A stretch of DNA of 64,000 nt from the NCBI GenBank assembly GCA_963798085.1, contig CAWCRS010000007.1, positions 672,001 to 736,000 of the forward strand, in the 5' to 3' direction. Under the pieces are notes generated by a model, which ran no database searches, was not told where the DNA came from, and saw only the letters and a program-made list of their open reading frames with translations. Position numbers and translations under genes: made by a program. The stretch is from an uncultured Gemmatimonadales bacterium (lineage in GTDB: Bacteria > Gemmatimonadota > Gemmatimonadetes > Longimicrobiales > RSA9). Below, in pieces: positions 29,648 to 39,864 of the stretch (positions within the stretch are counted from its first letter, which is position 1; every line of letters starts with the position of its first letter).

Positions 29648-29714
29648 CGTATCACCCCCCGAAAACGGCCTTTTCCCTGTAGGACTTTTTCCTAGGTGAA
29701 ATCGTCCCATGCGC
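29648..29714 (+). repeat. 67-bp direct repeat, copy 2
   Basis: 57/67 identical to 21060-21126; contains perfect TAGGA-N5-TCCTA. Confidence 0.85.
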
Positions 29715-29901
29715 GCCCTCGCATATTGGTTGTGCAAAGAACGCCCCGCGTCGGGTGTGACGACGGTATCCGTAGGTCAAATGGGGAGACGGAGCCGTTG
29801 CCGCCAGGCCGGGGCGTTTGCGTTGCGACAACCGCCCGTCCATCATCCGCCATCAGAAATCAGGACCCCACGCCCGGCCATCCGCCCCAGAGGAGCCGAC
29901 C

Positions 29902-32900
29902 ATGCATCGCCTGATCCGCTACACCCCCACGCTCGCTCTGCTGTGCGCGAACGCCGCCGCCGCGTCCCAGGCCGCCACGACGCCGGCGCCGCAGGACCGC
30001 AACCCGCCCAGCATGAGCGCGGCGGTCGCGCCCGCGACACGCGGCTACTTCCGCTCGCCCGCGATGCGCGGCGATGTCGTCGTGTTCGTGGCGGAAGGCG
30101 ATCTGTGGCGCGTCTCCGCACAGGGCGGCGTGGCGCAGCGGCTGACCACGCACGCGGCACAGGAAGGCAGCCCGGCGCTCAGCCCGGACGGGCGCTGGCT
30201 GGCGTTCAGCGCGAGCTACGAGGGGCCGCGCGAGGTCTACGTCATGCCGGTGAACGGCGGGGCGCCGGTGCGCCAGACCTGGGACGGCGCGAACGCGACG
30301 GTCACGGGCTGGACTGCTGATGGCCGCGTGCTCTACGACACCGACAAGTACGCGACGCTGCCCAACGCGCAGCTCATCGCCATAACGCCGTGTTTGGGCG
30401 AGACCACGGCGGGCAAGGTCTGCTCGCCGAAGCGGGAGCCGCTGCCCCTGGCCACTGCCGAGGACGGCTCCTACTCGGGCGACGGGCGCAGCTTCTTCTT
30501 CACGCGCTTCGCCCGCCAGTCCTCGATGACCAAGCGCTACCTGGGCGGCACGGCGGAGAACATCTGGCGCTGGGATGACGGCGCCAGCGGCAAGTCGCTC
30601 ACCGAGGCGAAGCCACTGACCGCGGATTATCCGGGCACCAGCCGCACGCCGCTCTGGTGGAACGGCCGCATCTACTTCGCCAGCGACCGCGCCGCGCGCG
30701 GCAAGGGCCAGGCGATGGGCACCCACTCGCCCAACTGGGACGCGGGCGTGATGAACATCTGGTCGATGAACGAGCAGGGCGGCGATGTGCGCCAGCACAC
30801 CTTCCACACAGACTACGATGTGCAGGGCATGGCGCTGGACAACGGCCGCATCGTCTATCAGCAGGGGGCGGACCTCTGGGTGCTCGACCTGCGCGATGCG
30901 GCTCGCACCGCGACCGGCATGGATGGCGGCACGCGCAACCCGGCGAGCAGTGCCGCGACGCCGCGCAAGCTGGACATCACCCTGGCCAGCGACTTCGACC
31001 AGATGCGCGAGAACTGGGTGGAGCGGCCGCTGCAGTATCTCTCGTCGGCACACCTCTCGGCGAACGGCGATCGCATTGCGCTGGTCTCGCGCGGCAACGT
31101 ATTCGTCGCGCCGGTCGGCGAGGGCCGGTTCGTGAGCGCGACACACAAGCCGGGCGTGCGCTACCGCGAAGCGCGCTTCATGCCCGGCGGCAAGCAACTG
31201 CTCACACTGTCCGATGCGTCCGGCGAAGTCGAGCTGTGGACACTGCCCGCCGATGGCATGGGCACACCCGAACAGCTCACGCACGATGCCAGAATCCTGC
31301 GCTGGGACGGCCTGCCCTCGCCGGATGGCCGCTGGATCGTGCATCACGACAAGAACCAGGACCTCTGGCTGTACGACACGAAGGCGAAGAGCGACCGACG
31401 CATTGCGCACTCCGCGCGCGAGTCCGCGTGGATCAGCAGTGCGCCCGGCTTCTCGGACATCTCGTGGAGCCCGGACGGGAAGTGGCTCGCGTACAATGAT
31501 GTGGCGGAGAATTTCCTGGGCCGCATCGTGCTGTACGACACGGAGTCCGGCAAGGCGACACCGGTGACGACCGATCGCTACGATTCCTACTCGCCGGTGT
31601 GGAGTCCGGACGGCCAGTGGCTCTGGTTCCTGTCCGACCGCACGTTCCAGACGGAAGTGGGCAGTCCATGGGGCGCGCGCCAGCCCGATCCCTACTTCGA
31701 TCACCTGACACGGATTTACGGCCTCGCACTGAAGCAGAAGTTCCGCTCGCCGTTCGCGCCACGCACAGAGCTGGTGGCGGAGGCAAACGCGAACACGCCG
31801 GTTCCGGCGAAGGACTCGACGGCGAACGGGCGCGCGGCTGGTGCAGGCGGTGCGGCCGCTGCACGCAACAATGCGCCACGTCCGCCGGTCGACGTGAGCA
31901 TCGACCTGAACGGCATCGCACGGCGACTGGTCGAAGCGCCCGTGCCCGCCGGCGACTACCGCGGCCTGTCCACGGATGGCAAGCGTCTCTACTGGCTGGC
32001 ACAGGGCGACAACCGCCACACCAACCTGATGTCGCTCGCCATCAACAACGAGACCACGAACAAGCCGGCACCCGTCATCGAGGATGTGCAGGGCTACGAG
32101 CTGTCCGCCGATGGCAGGAAGCTGATGCTGCAGAAGTCCGGCGAGATCTACGTGATCGATGCCGGGCCCAAGGCGCCCCAGAACCTGAGCGACAGCCACG
32201 TGAACCTGAGCGCGTGGAAGTTCTCGGTGGATCCGACCGAGGAATGGGCGCACAACTTCGTCGATGCCTGGCGCCTCGAGCGCGACTACTTCTACGACCC
32301 CGGCATGAACGGCATCGACTGGCCTGCCATGCGCACGAAGTACCAGCCGCTGGCGGACCGCGTGACCGACCGCGAAGAGCTGAACGACGTGTTAGCGCAG
32401 ATGGTGGGAGAGCTGTCGGCACTGCACATCTTCGTGCGCGGCGGCGACGTGCGCAGCGCACCGCCCGAAGCCGCCATCACCAGCCTGGGCGCAACGTTCG
32501 AGCGCGACGACGCGGGCGGCGGCTGGCGCGTCGCCCACATCTACCGCTCCGATCCCGACATCCCCGATGAGCTGGCGCCACTGGCACAGGCCGGCGTGGA
32601 TGTGCACGAAGGCGACGTCATCACCGCGATCGATGGTGTGCCCACGCTCACCGTCCCCGATCCCGCCGTGCTGCTGCGCAACAAGGCGGGCCAGCAGGTG
32701 CGGCTCTCGCTCAGGGACCACGACGTGATCGTGACCCCGATCACCCAGGCCCGAGAACGCGACCTGCGCTACGACGAGTGGGAGTACACCCGGCGCCTGG
32801 CCATCGACTCGCTGTCGAACGGCAAGGTGGGCTACGTACACCTGCGCGCCATGGGCGGCGGCAACATCGCGGAATGGACGCGCGAGTACTACCCGGTGTT

Positions 32901-33439
32901 CAACCGCGATGGCCTCATCATCGACGTGCGCCACAACACGGGCGGCAACATCGACTCCTGGCTGCTGGGCAAGCTGCTGCGCCAGAACTGGTTCTGGTGG
33001 AAGCCGCGCGTGGGCGACGCCTACGGCAACATGCCCTGGGCCTTCCGCGGTCCTATCATTGTGTTAGTCGACGAGCACACCGCCAGCGACGGCGAGGCCT
33101 TCGCCGAAGGGTTCAAGCGTCTGGGCCTGGGCAAGGTGCTCGGGCATCCGCACCTGGGGCGGCGAGATCTGGCTGTCGTCGAGCAACTTCCTCGCCGACC
33201 GCGGCATCGCCACCGCCGCCGAACAGGGTGTTTATGCCGATGGGAAGTGGTTGATCGAAGGATGGGGCGTGGAGCCCGACGTGGTGGTCGAGAATCTGCC
33301 GGTCGCCACCTTCGATGGCCGCGACGCGCAACTCGAGGTGGCGGTGAAACTGCTGCTCGACGAAGCTGTAAAGAAACCGCTGGCCACACCGCCGCCGCCG
33401 CCGTACCCGCACAAGGCGATCACGCGGGGAAGTCGCTGA
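29902..33439 (+). CDS. Tricorn-like S41 protease (PD40 propellers, PDZ, S41 core); frameshift near 33145
   Basis: RBS gaggag; SPDG repeats, GELSALH, GYVHL..M, DVRHN.GGN, ASDGE; removing one G restores GIRTWGGEIWL..IEGWGVEPD. Confidence 0.92.
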
Positions 33440-33540
33440 AGGCAGTCATCATGGAAATGACGTACGTGATGCTGGACATCATTGGCGTGCCCACACCGCC
33501 GCTGTAGGGCCTCACGTCCGAGCGTGTCAGGAAGGGCCGG

Positions 33541-36372
33541 CTAGTCCGGTTGCAGCGCGCGTGCAGGGTCGATGCGCGCTGCACGCCGGGCGGGAACCCA
33601 GCTTGCCAGCAACCCCACGAGCCCGAGCAGTGCGGTCACTGCCACGAACGTGCGCCAGTCGTGCGGGCTCGTGTTGTAGAGCAGACTCCCCAGCAGGCGG
33701 GTCAGGCCGAACGAACTCAGCGCGCCCAGCACCAGACCCAGGGCGGACAGGCGGAAGCCCTGCCAGACCACCATGCGCCGCACCGAACGCTGTTCCGCGC
33801 CCAGCGCCATGCGCAGGCCGATCTCCCGCGTGCGCTGCGTCACCACGTAGCTGATCACGCCGTACAGTCCGATGGCGCCGAGGAACAGCGCGAGGCTCGC
33901 AGCAATGACCAGCGCCAGCATGGTGAAGGCGATGGGCACCATGGACTGCGCCACCATCGACTCGAGTGTGCTGATGGATGCGATGGGCAGGTTGGGATCG
34001 AGAGCCCAGACCTCGCGGCGCACGGCAGCAGCCATGGCCTCCGGATCGGGTGCGCGCAGCGCGAACGCCATCATCCTCGCGGCTGGCTGCGGGGCTGCCT
34101 GACCGGCATTGCCGTGTCCGGCGACGGGCGGCGCCGATAGCAACGGATAGTAGACAATCGGGTCCGGATCTTCGCGGAGATTGCGGATGCGCACGGAACC
34201 GACCACACCGACAACCGTGCGCCATTCCTGGCTGCCGTCCGCGGCACGCAGCCGCTTGCCGATCGCGTCCTGACCGGGCCAGAAACGCTGGGCGAGCGCT
34301 TCACTCACCACGACGGCGGAGCGCGTGGCTTCGCGGTCGGCGCTCTCGAACGCACTGCCGTGCAGCAGGGGTATGCGCATCGCCTCGAAATATCCGTCAG
34401 AAGCGTAACCGTACCACAGAATGGGCGGCAGCTCGCCCTGTGCCGGCGGATGATCTTCGATGAGAAAGCCCGTGCCGGTAGCGGAGTTCCCTAACGGTAT
34501 GTCAGTGACGGCGCCGGCGGCGCGCACGCCGGGAAGTGCACGCAGCCGCTCGAGCAGCCGCTCATGAAAACTGGCGGCTGCCGCCGCGTCCGGGTAGCCG
34601 GCAGCCGGCAGCGACAGACGGAATGTCAGGACATCGTGCGCGTCGAAGCCGGGGTTGATGGCGCGCAGCTGCGCGAAGGTGCGCAGCATGAGGCCCGAGC
34701 CCGTGAGCAGCACCAGCGCCAGCGCGGTCTGCAGCACGACCAGCAGCTGACGCGTGCGCTGGCGGTCGCGGCCGGCGGTCGTGCGCGTGCCACTGTTGGA
34801 CACGACCGCCAGGGCGCGCGGCGAGGTGAGCCGTATGGCGGGGATCAGAGCCAGCAGCAGTGCGACGATGACCACGAGCGCAACGGCGTACCCCATGACG
34901 ACGGGGTCAATGCGCACTTCGTCGAGCCGGGGGATGTTGCGCGGCGCCACACGCAGCAGGACGCGCAGTCCCACGGCGCCCAGCAGCAGACCGACCGCCC
35001 CCGCAGCCAGTGACAGCAATGAGCTTTCCAACAGGAAATGACGCGCCAGCCGACCGCGCCCGGCTCCCAGCGCGGCGCGCACCGCAATGTCACGCTGGCG
35101 TGCTTCCGCGCGCACGAGGAACAGGTTGGTGACGTTGGCACAGGCAATGACGAGCACGAAGGCGGCCGTGCCCAGCAGGATCCAGAGCGGACGACGCGCG
35201 TCGCCTGTGATGTCTTCCTTGAGCGGCACGGCGCTGGACGCGAAGCGGCCTGTCTTCAGGAACGCCTTGAACTGACCCTGCGGATCGGCAAACACATCAC
35301 CCAGCCGCCTGATAATGCCGTCCAGCTGGACACGCAGCTGATTCACGGAGATGCGCGGACGCAGGCGGGCGACCGCGTCGTAGGCGAACGAGCCTGGCGG
35401 CGCGTTAGGCATGTCGATCGCCAGTGGTGTGTACACCATGATGTCGGGAGTCACGAAAGCAAAATCCGGCGCCATGACACCCACCACCGTGCGCGCTACG
35501 CCATCCACACGCAGCGTCCTGCCCAGCACCGCACGATCCCCGCCGAAACGCCGCTGCCAGAGCGCGTGGCTCAGGATCACGGCGGGCGCTCCTCCGGGCG
35601 CATCCTCCTCCTCCGTGAAACCCCGGCCCAGCACCGGGGACACACCGAGCGTGGGGAAAAGCGTGCGCGACGCGGTGAGTGAAACCACACGCTCGGGCGA
35701 GGCATCGTCGCCCGTCAGGTTCACGTTGTCCTGGCGGTAGATGGCGCTCTCCTCGATGTCGCTCGCATCCTTGCGGTATTCGCGGTACATGCCCGGCGAG
35801 ATGTCGATGCGCGGGTAGTTGAGGCCGGGCGCGGTGTGCCGCAGAATGACGAGACGGTCGGCGTGCGGGTATGGCAGCGGCTTCAGCAGCACCGCGTTCA
35901 CCACACTGAAAACAATGGTGTTAGCGGCAACCGCGAGCGCCAGCGTCAGCACCGCGGCAACCGTGTACTGCGGGGCGCGGGCCAGACTGCGGATGGCGTG
36001 CTGCGCTTCCTTCCGGATCGTCGTCATGCTCCATGCCTCCCGGCGCCGTGCGCGGTCGCCGCCGCCGTGGTGCGGTGGATGGTAGAAGGGCCCGCTGCGA
36101 AGCAGGCGATCACGAAGCACGCGCAAGGCGATGCCGGGCACCTGCCGGCGATACCACGCGCCGGCCGCGTGCGGGCCGCGCGCGCGCGCCATCTCACCGT
36201 GCTCCTGCCGGAGATCGCCCAGCATGCACGCGCCCGCGTCGCCCAGCGGCTCGAGACAGAGCCTCAGCAGCTGCTCGGCAAGGGCCGGTGGCTGCGTCCG
36301 GGGCACGCGCTCGGCGCCGCTTCCGTCCGCACCGGAGGCGCCGGCGCGCGCAGGACTTTCCACGCCCTTCAT
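33541..36372 (-). CDS. ADOP-type duplicated MacB/FtsX ABC permease
   Basis: LLKPLPY, LVIACANV.NL.L.RA..R.R, GLYGVISY.V.QRTREIG.RMALGA, PARRAARIDP; ATGA overlap with PadR stop. Confidence 0.92.
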   Translation of the reverse strand: MKGVESPARAGASGADGSGAERVPRTQPPALAEQLLRLCLEPLGDAGACMLGDLRQEHGEMARARGPHAAGAWYRRQVPGIALRVLRDRLLRSGPFYHPPHHGGGDRARRREAWSMTTIRKEAQHAIRSLARAPQYTVAAVLTLALAVAANTIVFSVVNAVLLKPLPYPHADRLVILRHTAPGLNYPRIDISPGMYREYRKDASDIEESAIYRQDNVNLTGDDASPERVVSLTASRTLFPTLGVSPVLGRGFTEEEDAPGGAPAVILSHALWQRRFGGDRAVLGRTLRVDGVARTVVGVMAPDFAFVTPDIMVYTPLAIDMPNAPPGSFAYDAVARLRPRISVNQLRVQLDGIIRRLGDVFADPQGQFKAFLKTGRFASSAVPLKEDITGDARRPLWILLGTAAFVLVIACANVTNLFLVRAEARQRDIAVRAALGAGRGRLARHFLLESSLLSLAAGAVGLLLGAVGLRVLLRVAPRNIPRLDEVRIDPVVMGYAVALVVIVALLLALIPAIRLTSPRALAVVSNSGTRTTAGRDRQRTRQLLVVLQTALALVLLTGSGLMLRTFAQLRAINPGFDAHDVLTFRLSLPAAGYPDAAAAASFHERLLERLRALPGVRAAGAVTDIPLGNSATGTGFLIEDHPPAQGELPPILWYGYASDGYFEAMRIPLLHGSAFESADREATRSAVVVSEALAQRFWPGQDAIGKRLRAADGSQEWRTVVGVVGSVRIRNLREDPDPIVYYPLLSAPPVAGHGNAGQAAPQPAARMMAFALRAPDPEAMAAAVRREVWALDPNLPIASISTLESMVAQSMVPIAFTMLALVIAASLALFLGAIGLYGVISYVVTQRTREIGLRMALGAEQRSVRRMVVWQGFRLSALGLVLGALSSFGLTRLLGSLLYNTSPHDWRTFVAVTALLGLVGLLASWVPARRAARIDPARALQPD

Positions 36373-36707
36373 GCGCGCCCCCGACCCAGCTCGCGTTCCA
36401 GCCCGGACCACAGCTCGAGCAGCGCCGCGCGATGCGTGCGCAATGCCTCCAGGCCGCCGGGCGTCAACTCGAAGCGACGCCGGCGATGCCCGCCACGATC
36501 TTCCTCAGGATCCTCCAGACTCCAGCGCAGAAAGCCCTTCTGCTCGAGTCGGCCCAGCGTGGCGTAGAGCGCGCCACGCGAAACCGGGCGGTCCACGCTG
36601 TCCTCGAGGTAGCGCGCCACGTCCGGTCCGTACGCGCCATCCTTCAGCTGCAGGACGGCCAGCAGCAGCATCTGCTCGAATTCACCGAGCGGGTAGTCGC
36701 GGGGCAT
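36369..36707 (-). CDS. PadR-family transcriptional regulator
   Basis: LGEFEQ..LLAV, AYG, GALYATL.RLE.KG. Confidence 0.93.
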   Translation of the reverse strand: MPRDYPLGEFEQMLLLAVLQLKDGAYGPDVARYLEDSVDRPVSRGALYATLGRLEQKGFLRWSLEDPEEDRGGHRRRRFELTPGGLEALRTHRAALLELWSGLERELGRGRA

Positions 36708-36732
36708 GGGTCACGTGTGTGAAATGCAGTAT

Positions 36733-36782
36733 GTCTATTTTGTAGACTCACGCAGGATAATACAGCGGCGGACGGCGATCAA
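36733..36782 (-). promoter_or_regulatory. PadR promoter and operator
   Basis: TTGATC-N17-TATCCT on minus strand followed by palindrome GTCTA-N5-TAGAC (36733-36747). Confidence 0.65.
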
Positions 36783-36846
36783 TTGTGCGAACCCGCCAGC
36801 GGGGCGAGCGGCAGCGCCGGCGGGACAGGCCGCGCCGGGCCGCGGG

Positions 36847-37197
36847 TCAGTGGCCGGGACTCTGCACGATGGCGGCGACGGTGGCACCCATCCAGCTGAA
36901 CACGGACTTGAAGGTGCCCTGGACGTGGGTATCGGCACCGCGAGCGGGCACACCCTGTCCCTGCGCGATGACAACGATTTTGCCGGTGCCGTCGTCGACC
37001 TCGTATGCGCCGGTACCCAGAATGCCGGCGGCGCGCGTCACCTGACCGTGCACGCGGACGGTGTGCCCGTCGAAGCGCTGCGGCTCGTCCAGCAGCGTAC
37101 GAATGTGCACGGTGCTGGAACAGGCTGTTAGGGAAAGGGCGGCCAGCAGCAACAGGGCGCCGGCGAAGGGAGCCTGGCGAAGGCGGCGGGATCGCAT
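36847..37197 (-). CDS. Small OB-fold-like lipoprotein
   Basis: RBS aggaga; lipobox LTAC; P..FDG.TV.V.G.V, Y.VDDGTG.I.V. Confidence 0.7.
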   Translation of the reverse strand: MRSRRLRQAPFAGALLLLAALSLTACSSTVHIRTLLDEPQRFDGHTVRVHGQVTRAAGILGTGAYEVDDGTGKIVVIAQGQGVPARGADTHVQGTFKSVFSWMGATVAAIVQSPGH

Positions 37198-37289
37198 CAC
37201 GGACTCTCCTGAAAGTCGTCGCCTGCAGACAATGGCAAGCGACGTGCCGGAGGACAAGGACCGCGCAGGGAGCGCGGAGGTTGGTGGCA

Positions 37290-37703
37290 TCAGCGCGAAC
37301 GCTTGCGCAGGAACGCCTGAGGCTCAATGGCGACGGCCGGGAAGCGGCGTGTGATTTCACGGTCGAGCGTCACGAGCGGCACCGCCAGGTCGCGCGCCAC
37401 GGCGACGAACTCGCAGTCGTACGCGGTGCAGCCGGAATCCGCCGCGAGGCGCAGCACGTGCTGCCCGGAGGGTTGGAATTCGCGGTCCGCCATCAGGCTC
37501 TCCGCGGCGTTGGCCGCGGCAAACGCGGCGGACAGCGGGGACGTGCTCTCGCGGATGCGGCGGGCGAGGACATTGCGGAATTCGCTGCGCCAGAGCACAG
37601 GCACGCACCAGTCGGAATCGCGCTCGAGCACGCGTTCCGCGAGCGGCGTATGAGGGCCGGCAATGACCAGGTAGACCACCATGTTGGTGTCCACCACGAT
37701 CAT
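37290..37703 (-). CDS. vapC: VapC PIN-domain toxin
   Basis: MIVVDTN, SEFRNVL, TAYDCEFVA.A, LVTLD. Confidence 0.92.
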   Translation of the reverse strand: MIVVDTNMVVYLVIAGPHTPLAERVLERDSDWCVPVLWRSEFRNVLARRIRESTSPLSAAFAAANAAESLMADREFQPSGQHVLRLAADSGCTAYDCEFVAVARDLAVPLVTLDREITRRFPAVAIEPQAFLRKRSR

Positions 37704-37939
37704 GGCCTGCCTTCCGTGCGGGCGGCCTCCAGCCACGCGGCGGTGATGGGTGCACCCATCCGTTCGCGTACGGCGCGTACGACCGCCAGCTGTTCCCCGG
37801 CGTCGAGCCGCGCGCTCCCCAGAGCGCGCTCCAGGCGCGCGATGACTTCGCTGTTGATGCTCCGGTGGTTCATCGCCGCACTCTCCCTGAGTCGCTCGTA
37901 GAGCGGGTCGGGCAGGGCCTTGATCGTGAGCGTTGCCAT
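37700..37939 (-). CDS. Arc/FitA-like ribbon-helix-helix antitoxin
   Basis: MATLTIK.LPD.LY..L..A..NHRS.N.E; ATGA overlap with toxin. Confidence 0.9.
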   Translation of the reverse strand: MATLTIKALPDPLYERLRESAAMNHRSINSEVIARLERALGSARLDAGEQLAVVRAVRERMGAPITAAWLEAARTEGRP

Positions 37940-37949
37940 GGGCTCCTGT

Positions 37950-38003
37950 GGTTCCATTATGATTGCATTATGGAACCTAACCCCGGGAGGCACGGGCTGT
38001 CAA
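37950..38003 (-). promoter_or_regulatory. TA promoter and operator
   Basis: TTGACA (37998-38003) and TAGGTT; palindrome GGTTCCAT-N12-ATGGAACC at 37950-37977. Confidence 0.7.
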
Positions 38004-38223
38004 TCCTTGCGGTGTCATGGTGACTCCTGAGCGGTTTCCGGTGCGGTTGTACGCAGAATGGCGGGACGGGTGGGGCAGCTCCATGGGGATTCCGGACGCG
38101 GGGCGGGACACGCCAGCCATTCCCCTCGCCGGGAGCGGTGATTGCCTGACAGACGTGAAGGGGAATCCGTGCAACCGTGGCCTGATGCGACACGAGGGCG
38201 AGGCGAAGGAGGGACTGGCCGGC

Positions 38224-39864
38224 ATGTCGGAACGAAGAGATGAGCTCACGCAGCCGCCGGATCTGACGCAGAAGCGGGGAACGGGGCCGGCACGGACGCG
38301 GCGACCGGTCTACGAGGATCTGCTGCCGCCGTGCAATCATGCGTGCCCGGCGGGCGAGAACATCCAGGCGTGGTTGTCGCTGGCGCAGGCGAAGCGCTTC
38401 CGGGAGGCGTGGCAGACGCTGACGCGGGACAATCCGCTGCCGGCGATTCATGGAAGGGTGTGTTATCACCCGTGCGAGTCGTCGTGCAATCGGGAGTCGC
38501 TGGATGGCGCGGTTACGATCCATGCGGTGGAGCGGTTCCTGGGCGATCTTGCGTTGCGCGAGGGGTGGGACGCGGAGAGCGAGGGGGTGGCGACGGGCAA
38601 GCGTGTGCTGGTCGTGGGCGCAGGGCCGAGCGGGCTGTCGGCGGCATACCACCTGGCGCGCATGGGTCACACGGTCGAGGTCCGCGACGCCATGGACGAA
38701 GCCGGCGGGATGATGCGTTCGGGAATTCCCGCGTACCGGCTGCCGCGCGACGTGCTGGACAGTGAGATCGCGCGGGTGGCTCGCATGGGTGTAACGTTCA
38801 CGCTGGGTCATCGCGTCGAGGATCTGGTGCGCGAGTGGCGCGAGGGTGGTTTCGAGGCGGTGTTCGTGGCGGTGGGCGCGCATCTGTCGAAGCGCACGGC
38901 GATCCCGGCGCGCGATGCGGTTCACATGCTGGATGCGGTGAGCTTTCTGCGCGATGTAGCGGCGGGCGAAGCGCCGCGACTGGGTCGGCGCGTGGCGGTC
39001 TATGGCGGCGGCAACACGGCGATGGATGCGGCGCGGAGCGCCGTGCGGCTGGGGCACGAGCCGCTGATCATCTACCGGCGCGATCGCGAACACATGCCGG
39101 CGCATCCTGCGGAAGCGGATGAGGCGCTGGAAGAGGGCGTGCGCATACACTGGCTGCGCAGCATCCGTTCGCTGGAGCCGGGTCGCGTCACTGTAGAGCG
39201 CATGGAGCTGGATGAGAAAGGGCGACCGCGCGGCACGGGAGAAGTGGAGACCATCGAAGCAGACGATCTGATTCTGGCGCTGGGTCAGGACACGGACGCC
39301 GGTTTCCTGCGTGCGGTGCCGGGTGTGGAGGTGCAGGCGGACGGAACGGTGATCGTCGACGCGCAGATGATGACGGGCCGCGCCGGCCTTTTCGCGGGCG
39401 GGGACATGGTACCGGCCGAGCGCACCGTGACAGTGGCGGTGGGCCACGGCAAGAAGGCGGCGCGCAACATCAATGCGTACCTGCGCGGTGAAATTGTGGA
39501 AGCGAAGCGCGGCCGCCGCGTGCTCGCCACGCTCGACAAGCTGCACCTGTGGTTCTACACGGAGGCGGCGCATCGGCCGCAGGAGCGGGCGGCGCTCGAG
39601 CGGCGGCGTGACAGCTTCGAGGAGGTGGTGAAGGGGCTGACAGAAGACGAGGTGGTGTTCGAGGCGAAGCGCTGTTTCTCGTGCGGCAATTGTTTCGAAT
39701 GCGACGGCTGCTACGCCGCGTGTCCGGAAGATGCGGTCATCAAGCTGGGTGTGGGCCTGCGTTACCGCTACGACTACGACCGCTGTACGGGGTGCGCGGT
39801 GTGCTTCGAGCAGTGCCCCTGTCACGCAATCGAGATGTTACCCGAGCCGGGAGCGCCGGCATGA
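38224..39864 (+). CDS. GltD/PreT-like FAD/NAD(P) Fe-S oxidoreductase with C-terminal 2x[4Fe-4S] ferredoxin domain
   Basis: PPC..ACP, GRVC.HPCE..C.R, GAGPSG, GGGNTA.D, CFSCGNCFECDGC...CP, CTGCAVC...CP. Confidence 0.9.
   Translation: MSERRDELTQPPDLTQKRGTGPARTRRPVYEDLLPPCNHACPAGENIQAWLSLAQAKRFREAWQTLTRDNPLPAIHGRVCYHPCESSCNRESLDGAVTIHAVERFLGDLALREGWDAESEGVATGKRVLVVGAGPSGLSAAYHLARMGHTVEVRDAMDEAGGMMRSGIPAYRLPRDVLDSEIARVARMGVTFTLGHRVEDLVREWREGGFEAVFVAVGAHLSKRTAIPARDAVHMLDAVSFLRDVAAGEAPRLGRRVAVYGGGNTAMDAARSAVRLGHEPLIIYRRDREHMPAHPAEADEALEEGVRIHWLRSIRSLEPGRVTVERMELDEKGRPRGTGEVETIEADDLILALGQDTDAGFLRAVPGVEVQADGTVIVDAQMMTGRAGLFAGGDMVPAERTVTVAVGHGKKAARNINAYLRGEIVEAKRGRRVLATLDKLHLWFYTEAAHRPQERAALERRRDSFEEVVKGLTEDEVVFEAKRCFSCGNCFECDGCYAACPEDAVIKLGVGLRYRYDYDRCTGCAVCFEQCPCHAIEMLPEPGAPA

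Noticed and set aside
29860..32253. 797-aa minus-strand ORF (likewise 3903-5549, 6084-7793, 37957-39825, 40533-42308, 55719-57344)
   Set aside because: Antisense shadows of well-supported genes, expected in high-GC DNA; no recognisable motifs.
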